Shown piece after piece: positions 13,589-25,118 of a DNA stretch of 64,000 nt. The stretch comes from Heterodontus francisci (lineage: Eukaryota). The notes under the pieces are model-generated. The model was not told the DNA's origin. It worked only from the letters and a program-made list of their open reading frames with translations, and made no database searches. Both the position numbers and the translations under genes were made by a program. The DNA is taken from NCBI RefSeq assembly GCF_036365525.1, contig NC_090373.1, positions 130,581,962-130,645,961 of the forward strand. The letters are read 5' to 3'. Each line of letters begins with the position of its first letter. Position 1 is the first letter of the stretch.

Positions 13589-13609
13589 CAAAAATTAAAA
13601 GCTGAAACT

Positions 13610-13950
13610 CCAGGGCAATACTGAGGGTGTCAGAAGTGCCATCTTTTCGATAAAACGTTAAACCGAGGTCCCGTTTGTCCTCTCAGATGGATGCAAAGAT
13701 CCCATGGCATGATTCTGAAGAAAAGCGAGGGAACTATCCCAATATTTATCCCTCAATCAACATCACAAAAAACAGATTACCTGATCATTATCACATTGCT
13801 GTTTGTGGGAGCTTGCTGTGTGCAAATTGGCTGCCACATTTCCTATGTCACAACAGTGACCACACTTCAAAAAACACTTTATTGGCTGTAAAGCACTTTG
13901 CGATGTCCTGTGGTTGTGAAAGGTGCTACATAAATGCAAGTTTTTATTTT
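13610..13950 (+). mobile_element. DeuSINE (SacSINE1/AmnSINE1-like)
   Basis: Deu-like core TGTCCTCTCAGATGGATGCAAAGATCCCATGGCA...AATATTTATCCCTCAATCAACATCAC and L2-like tail GAAAGGTGCTACATAAATGCAAG. Confidence 0.75.
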
Positions 13951-13998
13951 AATGGTTACACCTACACTTCATCAAACCATCATTGAGAATGAGAGCAC

Positions 13999-14167
13999 TA
14001 AAATAAAAGCAAAATACTGCAGATGATGGAAATCTGAAATAAAAACAAGAAATGCTGGAAATACTCAGCAGGTCTGGCAGCATCTGTGGAGAGAGAAGCA
14101 GAGTTAACGTTTCAGGTCACTGACCCTTCTTCAGAACTTCAGAACTTCCAGCATTTCTTGTTTTTAT
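13999..14167. mobile_element. Miniature fold-back PLE 3'-end element with hammerhead motif
   Basis: PLE 3' terminus (-) plus a short inverted arm. Exact 16-bp TSD TTGAGAATGAGAGCAC at 13983-13998 and 14168-14183. Confidence 0.9.
14102..14138 (-). ncRNA. Minimal type I hammerhead ribozyme motif with canonical core
   Basis: Minus strand AGTT-CTGAAGA-A-GGGTC(AGT)GACCT-GAAAC-GTT-AACT: CUGAnGA and GAAA boxes, stem II, palindromic stem III (AACGTT) and stem I AGTT/AACT. Confidence 0.75.
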
Positions 14168-14793
14168 TTGAGAATGAGAGCACCAGTTCTACCACAAGAG
14201 GGAGCTGTAGTCTATTTATAACAACAATTGTCGCGGTAGTATGACGCTATCTTTCAAAAAAAATCTTTCCCTTCTAATTTCCCTCTCTCAGAACACTACT
14301 TTTTGACCTTGTAACTTCACTTTGCCCTGCTTCAAGTATAATGTTGAACCAGGCAGACAGCAGACTTCCATGGTTGTGTGATTACCTACAAGAGACGGTC
14401 ATCTTGGGCAGCATCGCAACATGGGCTGGTGCATCGACATGCAAATTGGGTGGAGTGTAAAACGGGCTGCCCATGTGCTATTGTCCACTTTGTATCACCG
14501 CATCATCCCCAAGTTCTCCACAGTTCCAGCCAGCTTCTCCTGTCCCCAGAAATCAAGCTGCCTGTTGAACACACTCCATAATATACAGAACGCTGTGCTG
14601 ATGTCCTGATTGGATTAACCTAGTTTTATTAGCTCTGTCCCAGGGCCCCAGTGATTTGCTTCAAGATATCTGAATATCCTGCTTTTAATTCACATAAATT
14701 ATTTCTTAAAATAAAAATCACTCACGGCAGGTACCAAGCCCTGAAGGTTTGCATCCAAGAATGTCGAGAGAAATCAGTGGAGGAATGTCATAG

Positions 14794-16071
14794 TGTTACG
14801 ACCAGGTGAGAAAGGTGTCTAGGGGTCTCTCTCAGCCTTCACCTGGTCTTACCATAACAGTATTTAATTTTAAACACACTGTGTTCTTAGCTCCCCTTTG
14901 GTGAATCCTTGTTCACCGCTTTCCAATTGTAAGGCAAAGAAGCCAGCACAAACATGTTTTCTTAGGTTTAATGAATAAAAGTTGAAATTTATTAAACTTA
15001 AACTCTCATTCGGTTAATGCCTATTGATACATGACACACCCACGCTGGCATGCATACGTGATAAACACATGCAGATAGAGACAGAAAAGAGCAGAAAAAT
15101 TAAAGTGGAAAAGTTTGAGGCAATGTCTGAAGATGGTTTTGGTTACTGTTCTTTGAGCTCGCTGTCGAGTCCTTGATTGGAGGTAGGTCTTGCTTTTCGT
15201 TGGGGCCCTGTATTTTTCTTAAACCTTGTTCGATGTAGGAGACTTTTCCCTCTTGAGGCTCACGTCTTCAGTGGATTTGGAGTCCTGTGAGAAAGCGGCA
15301 CAGTGGCGCAGTGGTTAGCACCGCAGCCTCACAGCTCCAGCGACCCGGGTTCAATTCTTGGTACTGTCTGTGTGGAGTTTGCAACTTCTCCCTGTGTCTG
15401 CGTGGGTTTCCTCCGGGTGCTCCGGTTTCCTCCCATATGCCAAAGACTTGCAGGTTGAGAGGTAAACTGGCCATTATAAATTGCCCCTAGTATAGGTAGG
15501 TGGTAGGGAAATATACAGGGACAGGTGGGGATGTGGTAGGAATATGGAATTAGTGTAGGATTAGTATAAATGTGTGGTTGATGGTCGGCACAGACTTGGT
15601 GGGCCCAAGGGCCTGTTTCAGTGCTGTATCTCTAAACTAAACTAAAAGAGATGGGAGCAGACAGGAGAGGCTGTGGCCAGCCAGGAGAGGTCTTTATAGT
15701 CCAGGAGCAAACAGTCTCTTCCTCTCAAAACTGTCTGTACAATTCAAAAAACTCAGGTTGCCCTGCAGGTTAGTCATGTGACTAGCTGGTTTGACCACGT
15801 CTGTTTGTGGATTCGGCCATCTTAGCAGTCATCCTGGAATATGAGCTTCTTCACTGTCAATGTCTGGTGATCAAAGTCTATTGTGGGTTGACTGTGTCAG
15901 GGAATGGTCCTTTGGCTCCACAAGCACTGTCTGTTAGTATGTAAATTTTTTTTCCAGCCACAGATGATCTATTTAACAGGTCATTTCTTCGCTCCAGCAA
16001 CAGTTTAAAATCAATGTTCATATGACAAAATTAATATGCCTCATTCTTGACAGGTGGGGGTCTGCATGACA
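14794..16071 (-). mobile_element. Solo LTR (Gypsy-like) containing a V-SINE
   Basis: TGTTACG...CATGACA termini; 5-bp TSD CATAG at 14789-14793 and 16072-16076; homologous to 19286-20160 and 31782-32621. Confidence 0.88.
15295..15645 (+). mobile_element. V-SINE (HE1-like) with CR1-derived tail
   Basis: GCGGCACAGTGGCGCAGTGGTTAGC head, GGTTCAATTC B box, V-domain-like GCGTGGGTTTCCTCCGGGTGCTCCGGTTTCCTCCC, tail GGGCCTGTTTCAGTGCTGTATCTCTAAACTAAACTAAA. Confidence 0.9.
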
Positions 16072-16789
16072 CATAGGCTTTGACCATAATCTTTCAAACA
16101 TCCTTGGTTGTGGATGTAGTGCCAGAGGATAGAAAGATGCCAATGTCCAAGAAGGGACAAACTGGCAACTATAGTCCACTTAGCCTAATACGTGTAGTAT
16201 AGTTTCTAAAGGTTATAATATGGCATAACATTAATATTGACTTATGAGGCTGTCAGGGTATCAAAAAACTGCTGGTGGTGCTCCCTGATTTGACTGCTGG
16301 AATGTGCTATCCTGGGCGCTGCACCGATGACCCCATCAAAGTTTGCAGAGTCAGCAGAGATCACTTAATTATCATACCAATAGGCTCACATGAGGGCTGC
16401 ATCTGGGGCACCTGTCTAATGGGGGAAGGAAAACAGGGCCCACGTCTGTCTTTTTTATTAGGGGACCACATTAACATCAATTTTTTTAAATCTTTCTCTT
16501 CGGCATTCAAGGCCATGTTTCCATTCTACTCTACTGCCCCCCAATCCTACCCCCACCGCAGCCACCCTCCAAGTTGGCTCAATGCACACATTTGGCAGCG
16601 TGTTATGCCTGGTAAATGGCTCTACACCTCGCAAGGTCCCAAAGAACCTTTGACAGAAATTTTGGGTCCTGGCCCAGTTTAGCAGTTGATCCCAGTTTAC
16701 AGAGTCATGGTGGAAGCGCACCAGAATAGCTGTAGATCTTTGAATTCAGATTAAGTAAGAGCGTGCCAGCATAGATTTCTAAATGCTAT

Positions 16790-18048
16790 GATTTTCCTGA
16801 CAAATTTAATGGAGTTTTCTTTGTGAAAATAATGCATTGATAAAGGAAATGTAATGGATGTTATGCGTATGGATTTTTAGCAGCTGTTTGATAAAGGTCC
16901 CGTATGGGAGATTGGTCAAGAAGGTAAGAGCCCATGGGATCCAGGGCAATTTGGTAAATTGGATCCAAAATTGGCTTAGTGGCAGAAGGCAGAGGGTGAT
17001 GGTTGAGGGTTGTTTCTGCGATTGGACGCCTGTGACCAGTGCACCGCAGGGATTGGTGCCGGGACCCTTGCTGTTTGTAGTGTACATTAATGATTTAGAC
17101 ATGAATATCGGAGGTATGATCAGTAAGTTTGCAGATGACACGAAAATTGGTGGTGTCGTAAATAGTGAGGAGGAAAGCCTTAGATTACAGGACAATATAG
17201 ATGGGCTGGTAAGATGAGTGGAGCTGTGGCAAATGGAATTTAATCCTGAGAAGTGTGAAGTGATGCATTTTGGGAGGACTAACAAGTCAAAGGAATAAAC
17301 AATGGATGGTAGGACCCTAGGAAGTACAGAGGGTCAGAGGGACCTTGGTGTATTTGTCAATAGATTACTGAAGGCAGCAGCACAGGCAGATGAGGTGGTT
17401 AGGAAGGCATATGGGTTACTTGCCTTTATTAGCTGAAGCATTGAATATAAGAGCAGGGAGGTTATGATGGAGCTGTATAAAATGCTAGTTAGGCCACAGC
17501 TGGAGTACTATGTACAGTTCTGGGCACCGCGTTATAGGAAGGATGTGATTGCACTGGAGAAGGTGCAGAGGAGATTCACTAGGATGTTGCCTGGGCTGGA
17601 GAATTTCAGCTATGAAGAGAGACTGAATAGGCTAGGGTTGGTTTCCTTAGAGCAGAGAAGGCTGAGGGGGGACCGGATTGAGGTGTACAAAATTATGGGG
17701 GGCATTGATAGGATAGATAGGAAGAAACTTTTTCCCTTTAGCGGAGGGATCAATAACCTGGGGGAATAGATTTAAGGTAAGGTGCAGGAGGTTTAGAGGG
17801 GATTTGAAAAAACATTTTTTCACCCAGAGGGTGGTTGGAATCTGGAACACACTACCTGAAGGGATGGTCGAGGCAGGAACCCTCACAACCTTTAAGACGT
17901 ATTTAGATGAGCACTTGAAACACCATAGCATACAAGGCTACAGGCCAAGTGCTAGAAAATGGGATTAGAATAGATAGGTGCTTGATGGCCGGCATGGACA
18001 CGATGGGCCGAAGGGCCTGTTTCTGTGCTGTGTAACTCTATGACTCTA
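16790..18048 (+). mobile_element. CR1 LINE, 5'-truncated (RT through 3' tail)
   Basis: WIQNWLSGRRQRVMV...GPLLFVVYINDLD...KFADDTKIGG and LVRPQLEYYVQFWAP; tail GGGCCGAAGGGCCTGTTTCTGTGCTG. Confidence 0.92.
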
Positions 18049-18314
18049 AATCACCAGATAAAGAGGCTTGCTAATAAAATTGCAGTATTATGTGTTAGCA
18101 TGGATAGGAAGTTGGCAAAAGGAATGAAACAGAATAGCAGATAATAAATGCTTTCTAACTGGAGTGATATGAACAGTGGACTCCCTCAGGTGATCAGTGT
18201 CAGGACATTGCTCTTCTCAAAATAGCTGACTCGGTACAGGGTTCACAATATCAAAATTTGCAGACACTAAAATAGGCAGTGTAGCAAACTGTGAGGGGCT
18301 TGTATATGACTTCA

Positions 18315-18685
18315 ATTCAAGTCCCCCTCGAGGACGTGAGCACATAATTGAACTGACACTTCAGCACAGTACCCTCAAAGTGCTACACTGTCAGAGGTGA
18401 GATGAAACTTTAAATTGAGACCCCCCTCCCCCCCCCCCTCCCCCCGTGTCTTTTCAGGAAGATCTAAAAGATCTCCCAGCACTCTGTGAATAACAACAGA
18501 AAGTTCCCCTGGTGTTCTGCCAACAACCCTCATCTGTTGTTTGAAAAACTTGGATGTGCACAAATTGGCTGCTACATTTCTCTAAATAACAACAGTGACA
18601 AAACTTTAAAAATAATTCATTCTGAAGCACTTTGAGATGTTTCAGTGATGTGAAAGGTGTTATATAAATTCAAATGTCTTTCTTT
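18315..18685 (+). mobile_element. DeuSINE (SacSINE1-like), diverged
   Basis: Similar to 13610-13950, including GTGCACAAATTGGCTGCTACATTTC and the GAAAGGTGTTATATAAAT tail. Confidence 0.65.
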
Positions 18686-18890
18686 CTGGAGGACATAGAC
18701 AGATTAGTAGATTGGCCAGATGGACGTCAGATAAAATTTAATGCCAGAGGGGATGAAGTTATATATTTTGGGGAGAGGGATAAGTGAGGAGACATGCACA
18801 CTAAATGATAAAACTATAAAAGGAATAAAAGAGGAGAGACACTTAAAGGTGCAGATACATACACCTTTATAAATAGGAAAGCCAGTGGGT

Positions 18891-20501
18891 GGGCTGAGTT
18901 TTACCAGGCCCCCAATGTCAGGGTTGTGGGAAGGCCCTGTCCCATATTACTGGCGCTGGCGAGGCCTTGTGGTGCCCCCCGCCCCACCACCGCTCAGCAA
19001 CAGGACCAGGATTTAAATATGTCAATTAATGAATTAATGACCTACCTGCTCCCATCGGCCGTTCCACAGGTTGGGAGGGGGGAGAAGATAGGTTTTTCAG
19101 GTCAGGCGGGTGGGGTGGAGTGGAGAAAACTATTGCAATTGGTGGAGGAGATGGTGGGAAGGGGTTGAAGGTGAAAAGGTAATAAATGTTGTGTGGGGGT
19201 GGGCGAAAGTCAGGATTGCCAGGTAAGTTTTTTGGGGGGAGTGAGGGCAATTAATAAATTGTTTAGTCATGGAGGGGGGGGGGGGTGTTACGACCTGGTG
19301 AGAAAGATGTCTAGGGGTCCCTCTCAGCCTTCACCTGGTAACAGGGTTTAATTTTAAACACACCGCGTTTTTAGCTCCCCCTTGATGAATCCTTGTTTAC
19401 CGCTTTCCAACTATAAGGCAAAGAAACCAGCACAAACAGGCTTTCTAGGTTTAAAGAAGAAAAGTTGACATTTATTAAACTTGAACTTAAATTCTAATTT
19501 GGTTGAGCCCTGTGGTACACAACACGCCCATGCTAGCATGCATACGCGATACACACACTCAAATAGAGACAGAAATGAAAATAAAGTGGAAAGGTTTGAG
19601 GCAATATCTAAAGCATTTTTGTTATGGTTCTTCAAGCTCATGATAGAGTCCTTGATTGTAGGTAGAGCTTGCTTTTCGTTGGGGCTCAGTATTCTTCTTA
19701 AACCTTGTTCGCTGTAGGAGACTTTTCTCTCTTGGGGTTCATGTGTCTTCAGTAGATTCAGAGGCTTGTGAGAAAGAGATGGGAGCAGACAGGAGAGATA
19801 GAACATAGAACATAGAACAGTACAGCACAGTACAGGCCCTTCGGCCCCCGAGTCCAGGAGCAAATAGACTTTCTCTGAGTTCAAACTCTCTGTTGCCAGT
19901 TCAAAAGAAAACCCTGGAACAGCCAGTTAGTCATGTGACCAGCTGGTCTAACCAGTTCTGGCCCTTGTGGATTGTATCCTCCTTAGCAGGCCCTGGAATG
20001 CGCTTCCTCACCTTCGATGTCTTAGTATGTAAATGTTTTTTTTCCAGCCACAGCTGATCTGTTTAACAAGTCATTTCCTAACTCCAGCAACAGCTAAAAA
20101 TCAATGTTCATATGACAAAACCAATGTGCCTCATTCTTGGCAGGTGAGGGCCTGCATGATGGGCGTGGGGGATGGAAGAGGGCTTGAATCTTTTATTAAT
20201 TTTTTAAATTTAACTTTAACATGTATATAACTTTAAAGATTCAAATTACATGTGAGGGCTTGAAGCCCTTTAAAAATGGCGCCGGCGCCTTCGCTGAGGC
20301 GTTGGAAGCCGTTGCCGGGGATGGAGCGCCCTCCCCCTCCATGTTTTCGAGGGGGGGGGGTGGCGGCAGTCTACCCCGGTCATGTAAATGAGCTGCCGCG
20401 TCTAATACCACGGTGGCTCCGTGGAGTGAAAGCTGTGCGTGTGGGTCGCCATCTTGGAAGCTCGCTACCGAGATTGGCGGCGAGCTGGAAAATTGCAGTC
20501 T
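18891..20501. mobile_element. Harbinger-type MITE with a nested solo LTR
   Basis: Ends GGGCTGAGTTTT / AAAATTGCAGTCT; 3-bp TSD GGT/GGT; the interrupted old CR1 resumes after 20504. Confidence 0.75.
19286..20160 (-). mobile_element. Solo LTR of the 14794 family, with a ~50-bp CR1 tail inserted at ~19798-19848
   Basis: TGTTACGACCTGGTGAGAAAG start and GCCTGCATGA end; colinear with 14794-16071. Confidence 0.88.
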
Positions 20502-20504
20502 GGT

Positions 20505-21050
20505 AAAGCTGTGAAAAAGGCAGTGAAAGATATCCTGACTTTAATGAAAAGTGATATAGGACACAAATAGCAGAGGGATAATGCTAATTCTAAACACATC
20601 ACTGGTTAGGCTACAGTTGGAATATTGATTCCAGCTTTGGGTACTCTAAGAAGGATATTAAAGCCACTGAAAGGGTACAAACATGATACAAGATATGAGA
20701 GATATTAATTATTCAGAGATACTAGAAAAACGGATACCTTTTCACTAAAATAGACAAGTGGTGATCTGATAGAGTTGTTCAAAATTAGGAAGATTTTTGA
20801 AAAGGTAAATAGGGAAATTTGTTTCCACTGGTTGGTAACTTGCTAACTAATGGGAGAGATTAGGAGATATTTTTTTACATGCAGAGGCTTGTTAGGTCAA
20901 TGGTGGAAGCAAAGTCCATAACAGCATTTTAGAGGAGCTGGATACATTTTTGAAAATGAAACATTTACAAAGATATGAATAAAACACATTCAGAGACCAA
21001 AGTCACGATGGACCAACTAGCTAAGCTCTGTATGGTAAAATCCAATGATT
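20505..21050 (+). mobile_element. Old decayed CR1 3' portion (probably continuing fragments at ~16075-16250, 18050-18310 and 18690-18890)
   Basis: Degenerate LVRLQLEY and GDLIELFKI motifs. Confidence 0.65.
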
Positions 21051-21902
21051 GTGTCATTCTACATGTGTACAATTATTAATCTTGGAATATGAACACTGCA
21101 GTCCTGCTCACCCTTCTGTATATTTTTAAATTCTTATTTCATAAAAATAAAAGACCATTCCCTCTCTACCTGACCTCGAACTACTTTTGAAACATTCAGT
21201 GTTTGACTTTGGAAAATATTAAATCTGATGGCTAAGTTTACGGTAGATATTGTTTCGTGACTGATGTTGGCATGTATAGGCAGGTCTAATATGGGCGCTG
21301 CATTCACTGCTTGAACAAGAGATGTAGATAATTTATGCAGATTCTGTGCCTATCTGAAATAAAATTGAATGATCTTGCATTTGACAGCAGAACAATCTAT
21401 TTTGGCAACAGAGGAGCTGCGCGAAGACGTCGGGCTGGGTCCCCGGTGTCATTACGCGCTGACGCAATTTAACCAGCGTGGGAAGTCGGGCGCGATCGAG
21501 TTTGCGCTCACCGCCCGACTAACATCGATTGAGAACTAATTAAGGTAATTCAGAATCCAATTGACAGAGATTTTACGCTACGTATCTGATTTTATGGCCG
21601 TTAATCGGGTCGTGGGGTGTGTCGGGAACCCGACAGGTTCAAAAGGGCAGCAGGCATTGATTCATGAGGGAGTTGGAGGTAAAAATGAATTTATTGAACT
21701 TTATTAATGCTGATGTTATTTGTGTGCCCTAACAAGGGGTGTAACTTGCAGGTTGTGCAGAAGGTTTAATCTGAATGTTATGCACTGCTGATAGGGACCC
21801 ATGTAATATTAGTTATTGCCTGAAGGAAGTACCTGAAGTGAGCCAGTCACAAAAGCTGGAAGCTATTACCTGTGGTCAAAGCATTTGTTCTGCTGTTCAA
21901 CA

Positions 21903-23117
21903 ATGGGAATTGTTCACTCTGGAGGTGGATCATCAGATGAGGAGGATAATGATTCAATGAGTGACAGAAGTACAAATGGTCAGGGGAACGTACAGCAAGC
22001 TGCACCAGTGCATCCTCATGCTGCTGGAGGGAGAGTAGTTCGCAGAGTCGCCCGGGAGCGACCACATGTCAGGAGACGTACCTACCCAGTAGTAAGGGGA
22101 TACCGAATGCGTCTGAACTACCTGCAGCTGTCAGAACGCCAGTGCAGAAGACTGCGGCTGTCACGGGAGACTGTCACATCTCTTTGTGAGATGCTGGCAG
22201 TGGATGTTGCATCAAACTGTCTCGGTGGCCATCCAATGCCAGTCACTCTAAAGGTCACAGTAACTCTTAACTTCGATGCGTCTGGCTCCTTCCAAGCCTC
22301 AGCTGCAGACTTATGTGTGGTGTCTCACAATCAGCAGCGCACCATTGCATAAAGGTTGTGACTGATGCATTGTTTCAACGTGCTGAACATTTCATCATGT
22401 TCAAGACGGACAACACCAGCCAGGCTGAGAGAGCCAGAGGCTTCAGCATTATATCCGGCTTCCCAATAGTACAGGGCATGATAGACTGTACTCATGTGGC
22501 CCTTAGAGCACCAGCTGGACTGTCGGGGGCATTCATGAACCACAAGGGATTCCATTCAATGAATGTTCAGCTCATCTGTGATGATTGGAAGCGAATCATG
22601 CAGGTGTGTGCACGTTACCCTGGTAGTTGTCATGATTCTTTCATTCTACATAACTCACAGGTGCCTGCAATTTTCAGTCCTCCACACAGTCCTTGGCAAC
22701 AGGGGTTATCCTCTGAACACATGGCTCATGACACCAGTGAGGAACCCAAGGGGTGAGGCAGAGGAACGATACAATGGGAGCCATGCGGCCACCAGAGTGA
22801 CAATCGAGCAAACTATAGGCCACGTAAAGATGAGATTTAGGTGTCTTGACCGCTCTGGTGGATCACTGCAGTACGCACCATCGAGGGTTTCCAGAATCAT
22901 TGCCGTCTGCTGTGCCTTGCATAACCTGGCGATTGAACATGGAGATGCCCTAGAGGATGATCAATGTCAGCGCGATGTGTCATCAGATGATGACAACGTT
23001 TCTGATGAGGAAGATGGGCATCAGTCTAATGATGATCATGGAGAGGAAGCTGAATGTAACTTGGCTCTAACTGCTAGAGAAACAAGGGAATCTCTAATAG
23101 GAACGTGTTTCAGTTGA
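21903..23117 (+). pseudogene. Harbinger DDE transposase (HARBI1-like, DDE_Tnp_4), frameshifted
   Basis: [33 protein letters not shown] (usually GDxGYP), [36 protein letters not shown] and an acidic tail; split over three ORFs. Confidence 0.93.
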
Positions 23118-23418
23118 AATTATATAAATCTTCACACATTTCAATCTGCTTTATGACATTAATCATTGTGAGGATCTGACAGTGCAAAATCTCTAACCTT
23201 TAGGGGGTGAGACAAAGCGAATAACCAATCCATCACATCATGAGGGACGCGAACCAAGTGTGTGGCCTCACATTTCAGACAACTTGAGTTGACTAACTAT
23301 GTAGTATCTGACTTCAGGAATGACATGTCCAATGATAAAATCTCCAATTTAATCAAACACTATTATTTTACAAATCAAATAAATGTATTTCAAGTCACCC
23401 AGTGCACCAATAGTGAAA

Positions 23419-24662
23419 TTAAAGTGTTTTCTTAATCCGTTTACGTGTGCTCATTCATGTGCATGATCCCTCACCACCAGACTTACCAGAGGCAGGTGGC
23501 TGATCCTGTTGCCGCCCGGCTTTTAATGACTTGGGCGGACGTCCTCTGCATGCTCGCGGCCGTGCTGGCCCTGGCATCTCAGGGTTCTCATGACAACTAT
23601 CATGAGCACCCTCTATCACCCTGGGATTTAGAGGTTCATATGTCCCTGGCGGAGGGAGCAAGGAGCTGCAGGATGCCAGAAGTGCCGTGAGAGGAGCTCC
23701 CATATGCGATCTGCTGCCCCTGTGCTCTCGTGAGGCTCTGGTGGTCCTCAATGGTGGCATCAGAGGGCTGAGTGTCCTCATCCTGGCGCAGTCGCATCAG
23801 ATTATGCTCTCTGATGCTCTGGTCCAGGGAGGCCACAGTCGCTCTGAGGTCCCGAATTGCATGAAGAACTGGTCCCTCACTGCAGCCATCAGTCTATCAA
23901 TGGAGGAAGCCAGATGTTCAAATGCCTGTGAGTTTGCTGAACTCATACTCTGGATGGATGTCTCCAGAGAATGAGTCATAGTGCGCAACGTCTCAGGCAA
24001 CTCCGCCAGATTTCCATGGACCGCATTCTGCACCTGCAACATCGCCCGATGAAAGGATGATCTCAGAGGCACGTCATCAGCTTGCGGCTCTGCACTGGCC
24101 TGGTATCCCACTCTCCTCCGAGTGTGTGATGCATCGGCTGATTCTGCCTCTGGTGTCTGGCCCGGCAACTGTGCTGTGCTCACACCAGTATGTGACATTG
24201 ATTCCCCAGACACAGTCATCCCAACCGAAGTGTCAGTATCTGCTGTGGTACTTGGTGCGTCGCAATGATGTGACGGTGCAACCTCTGAGGTACCCTCTTC
24301 CACTTCAGAGGTGGATGGTCGGGCAACGATAATGCTTCCTTGCACATGCTTGGTTTCACCTATTGGGAAAAGCATTGTGATCAGTTTCATCATCAATCCA
24401 GAATTAAGCACAGGTTTGTGCCTCCAGCATGGTTACATCTGGGTGATGTTACAATTGAGGGCAACATTCACTACATTTGACTTTCACCAAATCATTGGCA
24501 CAGTAGCGCATCCTCACCACCGCCCACCCCTCCCTCCTTCGGAGGGTCTCCTTCTCCCATCTGAGCTGAACAGAATTTCTCTCCTCTCCTCAACGGCCTG
24601 CAGGAGGACCTGCAGTGAATCGTCAGAAAATCGAGGTCAACACGATTGCTTCTGCCCTCCAT
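23419..24662 (-). pseudogene. Harbinger Myb/SANT-like DNA-binding protein, decayed and probably intron-containing
   Basis: Manual translation near 24540-24636 gives PRFSDDSLQVLLQAVEERREILFSSDGRRRP (Myb/SANT-like helix 1). It is followed by an S/T/E-rich linker and helical region (ORF 23797-24411) and a basic C-terminus RKRIKKTL*. Confidence 0.78.
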
Positions 24663-25118
24663 CACCTCTAACAGCAATATTTTTGTCTCCCAGTTTTTCT
24701 TGGTATCAATGAATGGAGCCTTTGAAATCTCCAGATCTTAACACAGTTGTATCTTCCTTTACATCAAATGGGGAACTCAATGCTCTGTTTAAAATCAGTA
24801 ATCCTTTATGTAGGGCTTACAAGCAGCCTTCCGCGTATGTGGCCCCGCCCCCAATGATGCTGAAGTTCCCGCCCGCGCGTGCCATTTCTTTTCGGAGTTA
24901 CGCCACAGGCCCGCTGATCAGCGCGTGATGCCGGCGGCCAGGCGATGCAGAGCAGGATCAGGAGCCTGATCCGCTTTGGGCGATTCGGCCCCGAGGCCAC
25001 CGGTAAGCGAAAAATTCAGGCCGTGATGTTCATCTTTGCACAGAACATCTACTATGCACACTGTGGTCTGCTATGAATTAAGATGAAACAATTTTAACCA
25101 AATAATATCCATTATTTA

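Larger units (their letters stand above)
21410..25022. mobile_element. PIF/Harbinger DNA transposon, autonomous-type two-gene layout, decayed
   Basis: Transposase (+) and Myb/SANT gene (-) are convergent; CpG-rich subterminal regions; right TIR AAAATTCAGGCC at 25011-25022. Left TIR not clearly found. Confidence 0.88.

Noticed and set aside
15295-15365. tRNA gene
   Set aside because: It is the tRNA-derived head of a V-SINE and continues into the SINE body; the same applies to the other A/B-box motifs.
21903-23117. Domesticated host HARBI1 gene
   Set aside because: Multiple frameshifts, a D-to-N change in the GDxGY motif, an adjacent Myb partner and a TIR indicate a dead transposon copy.
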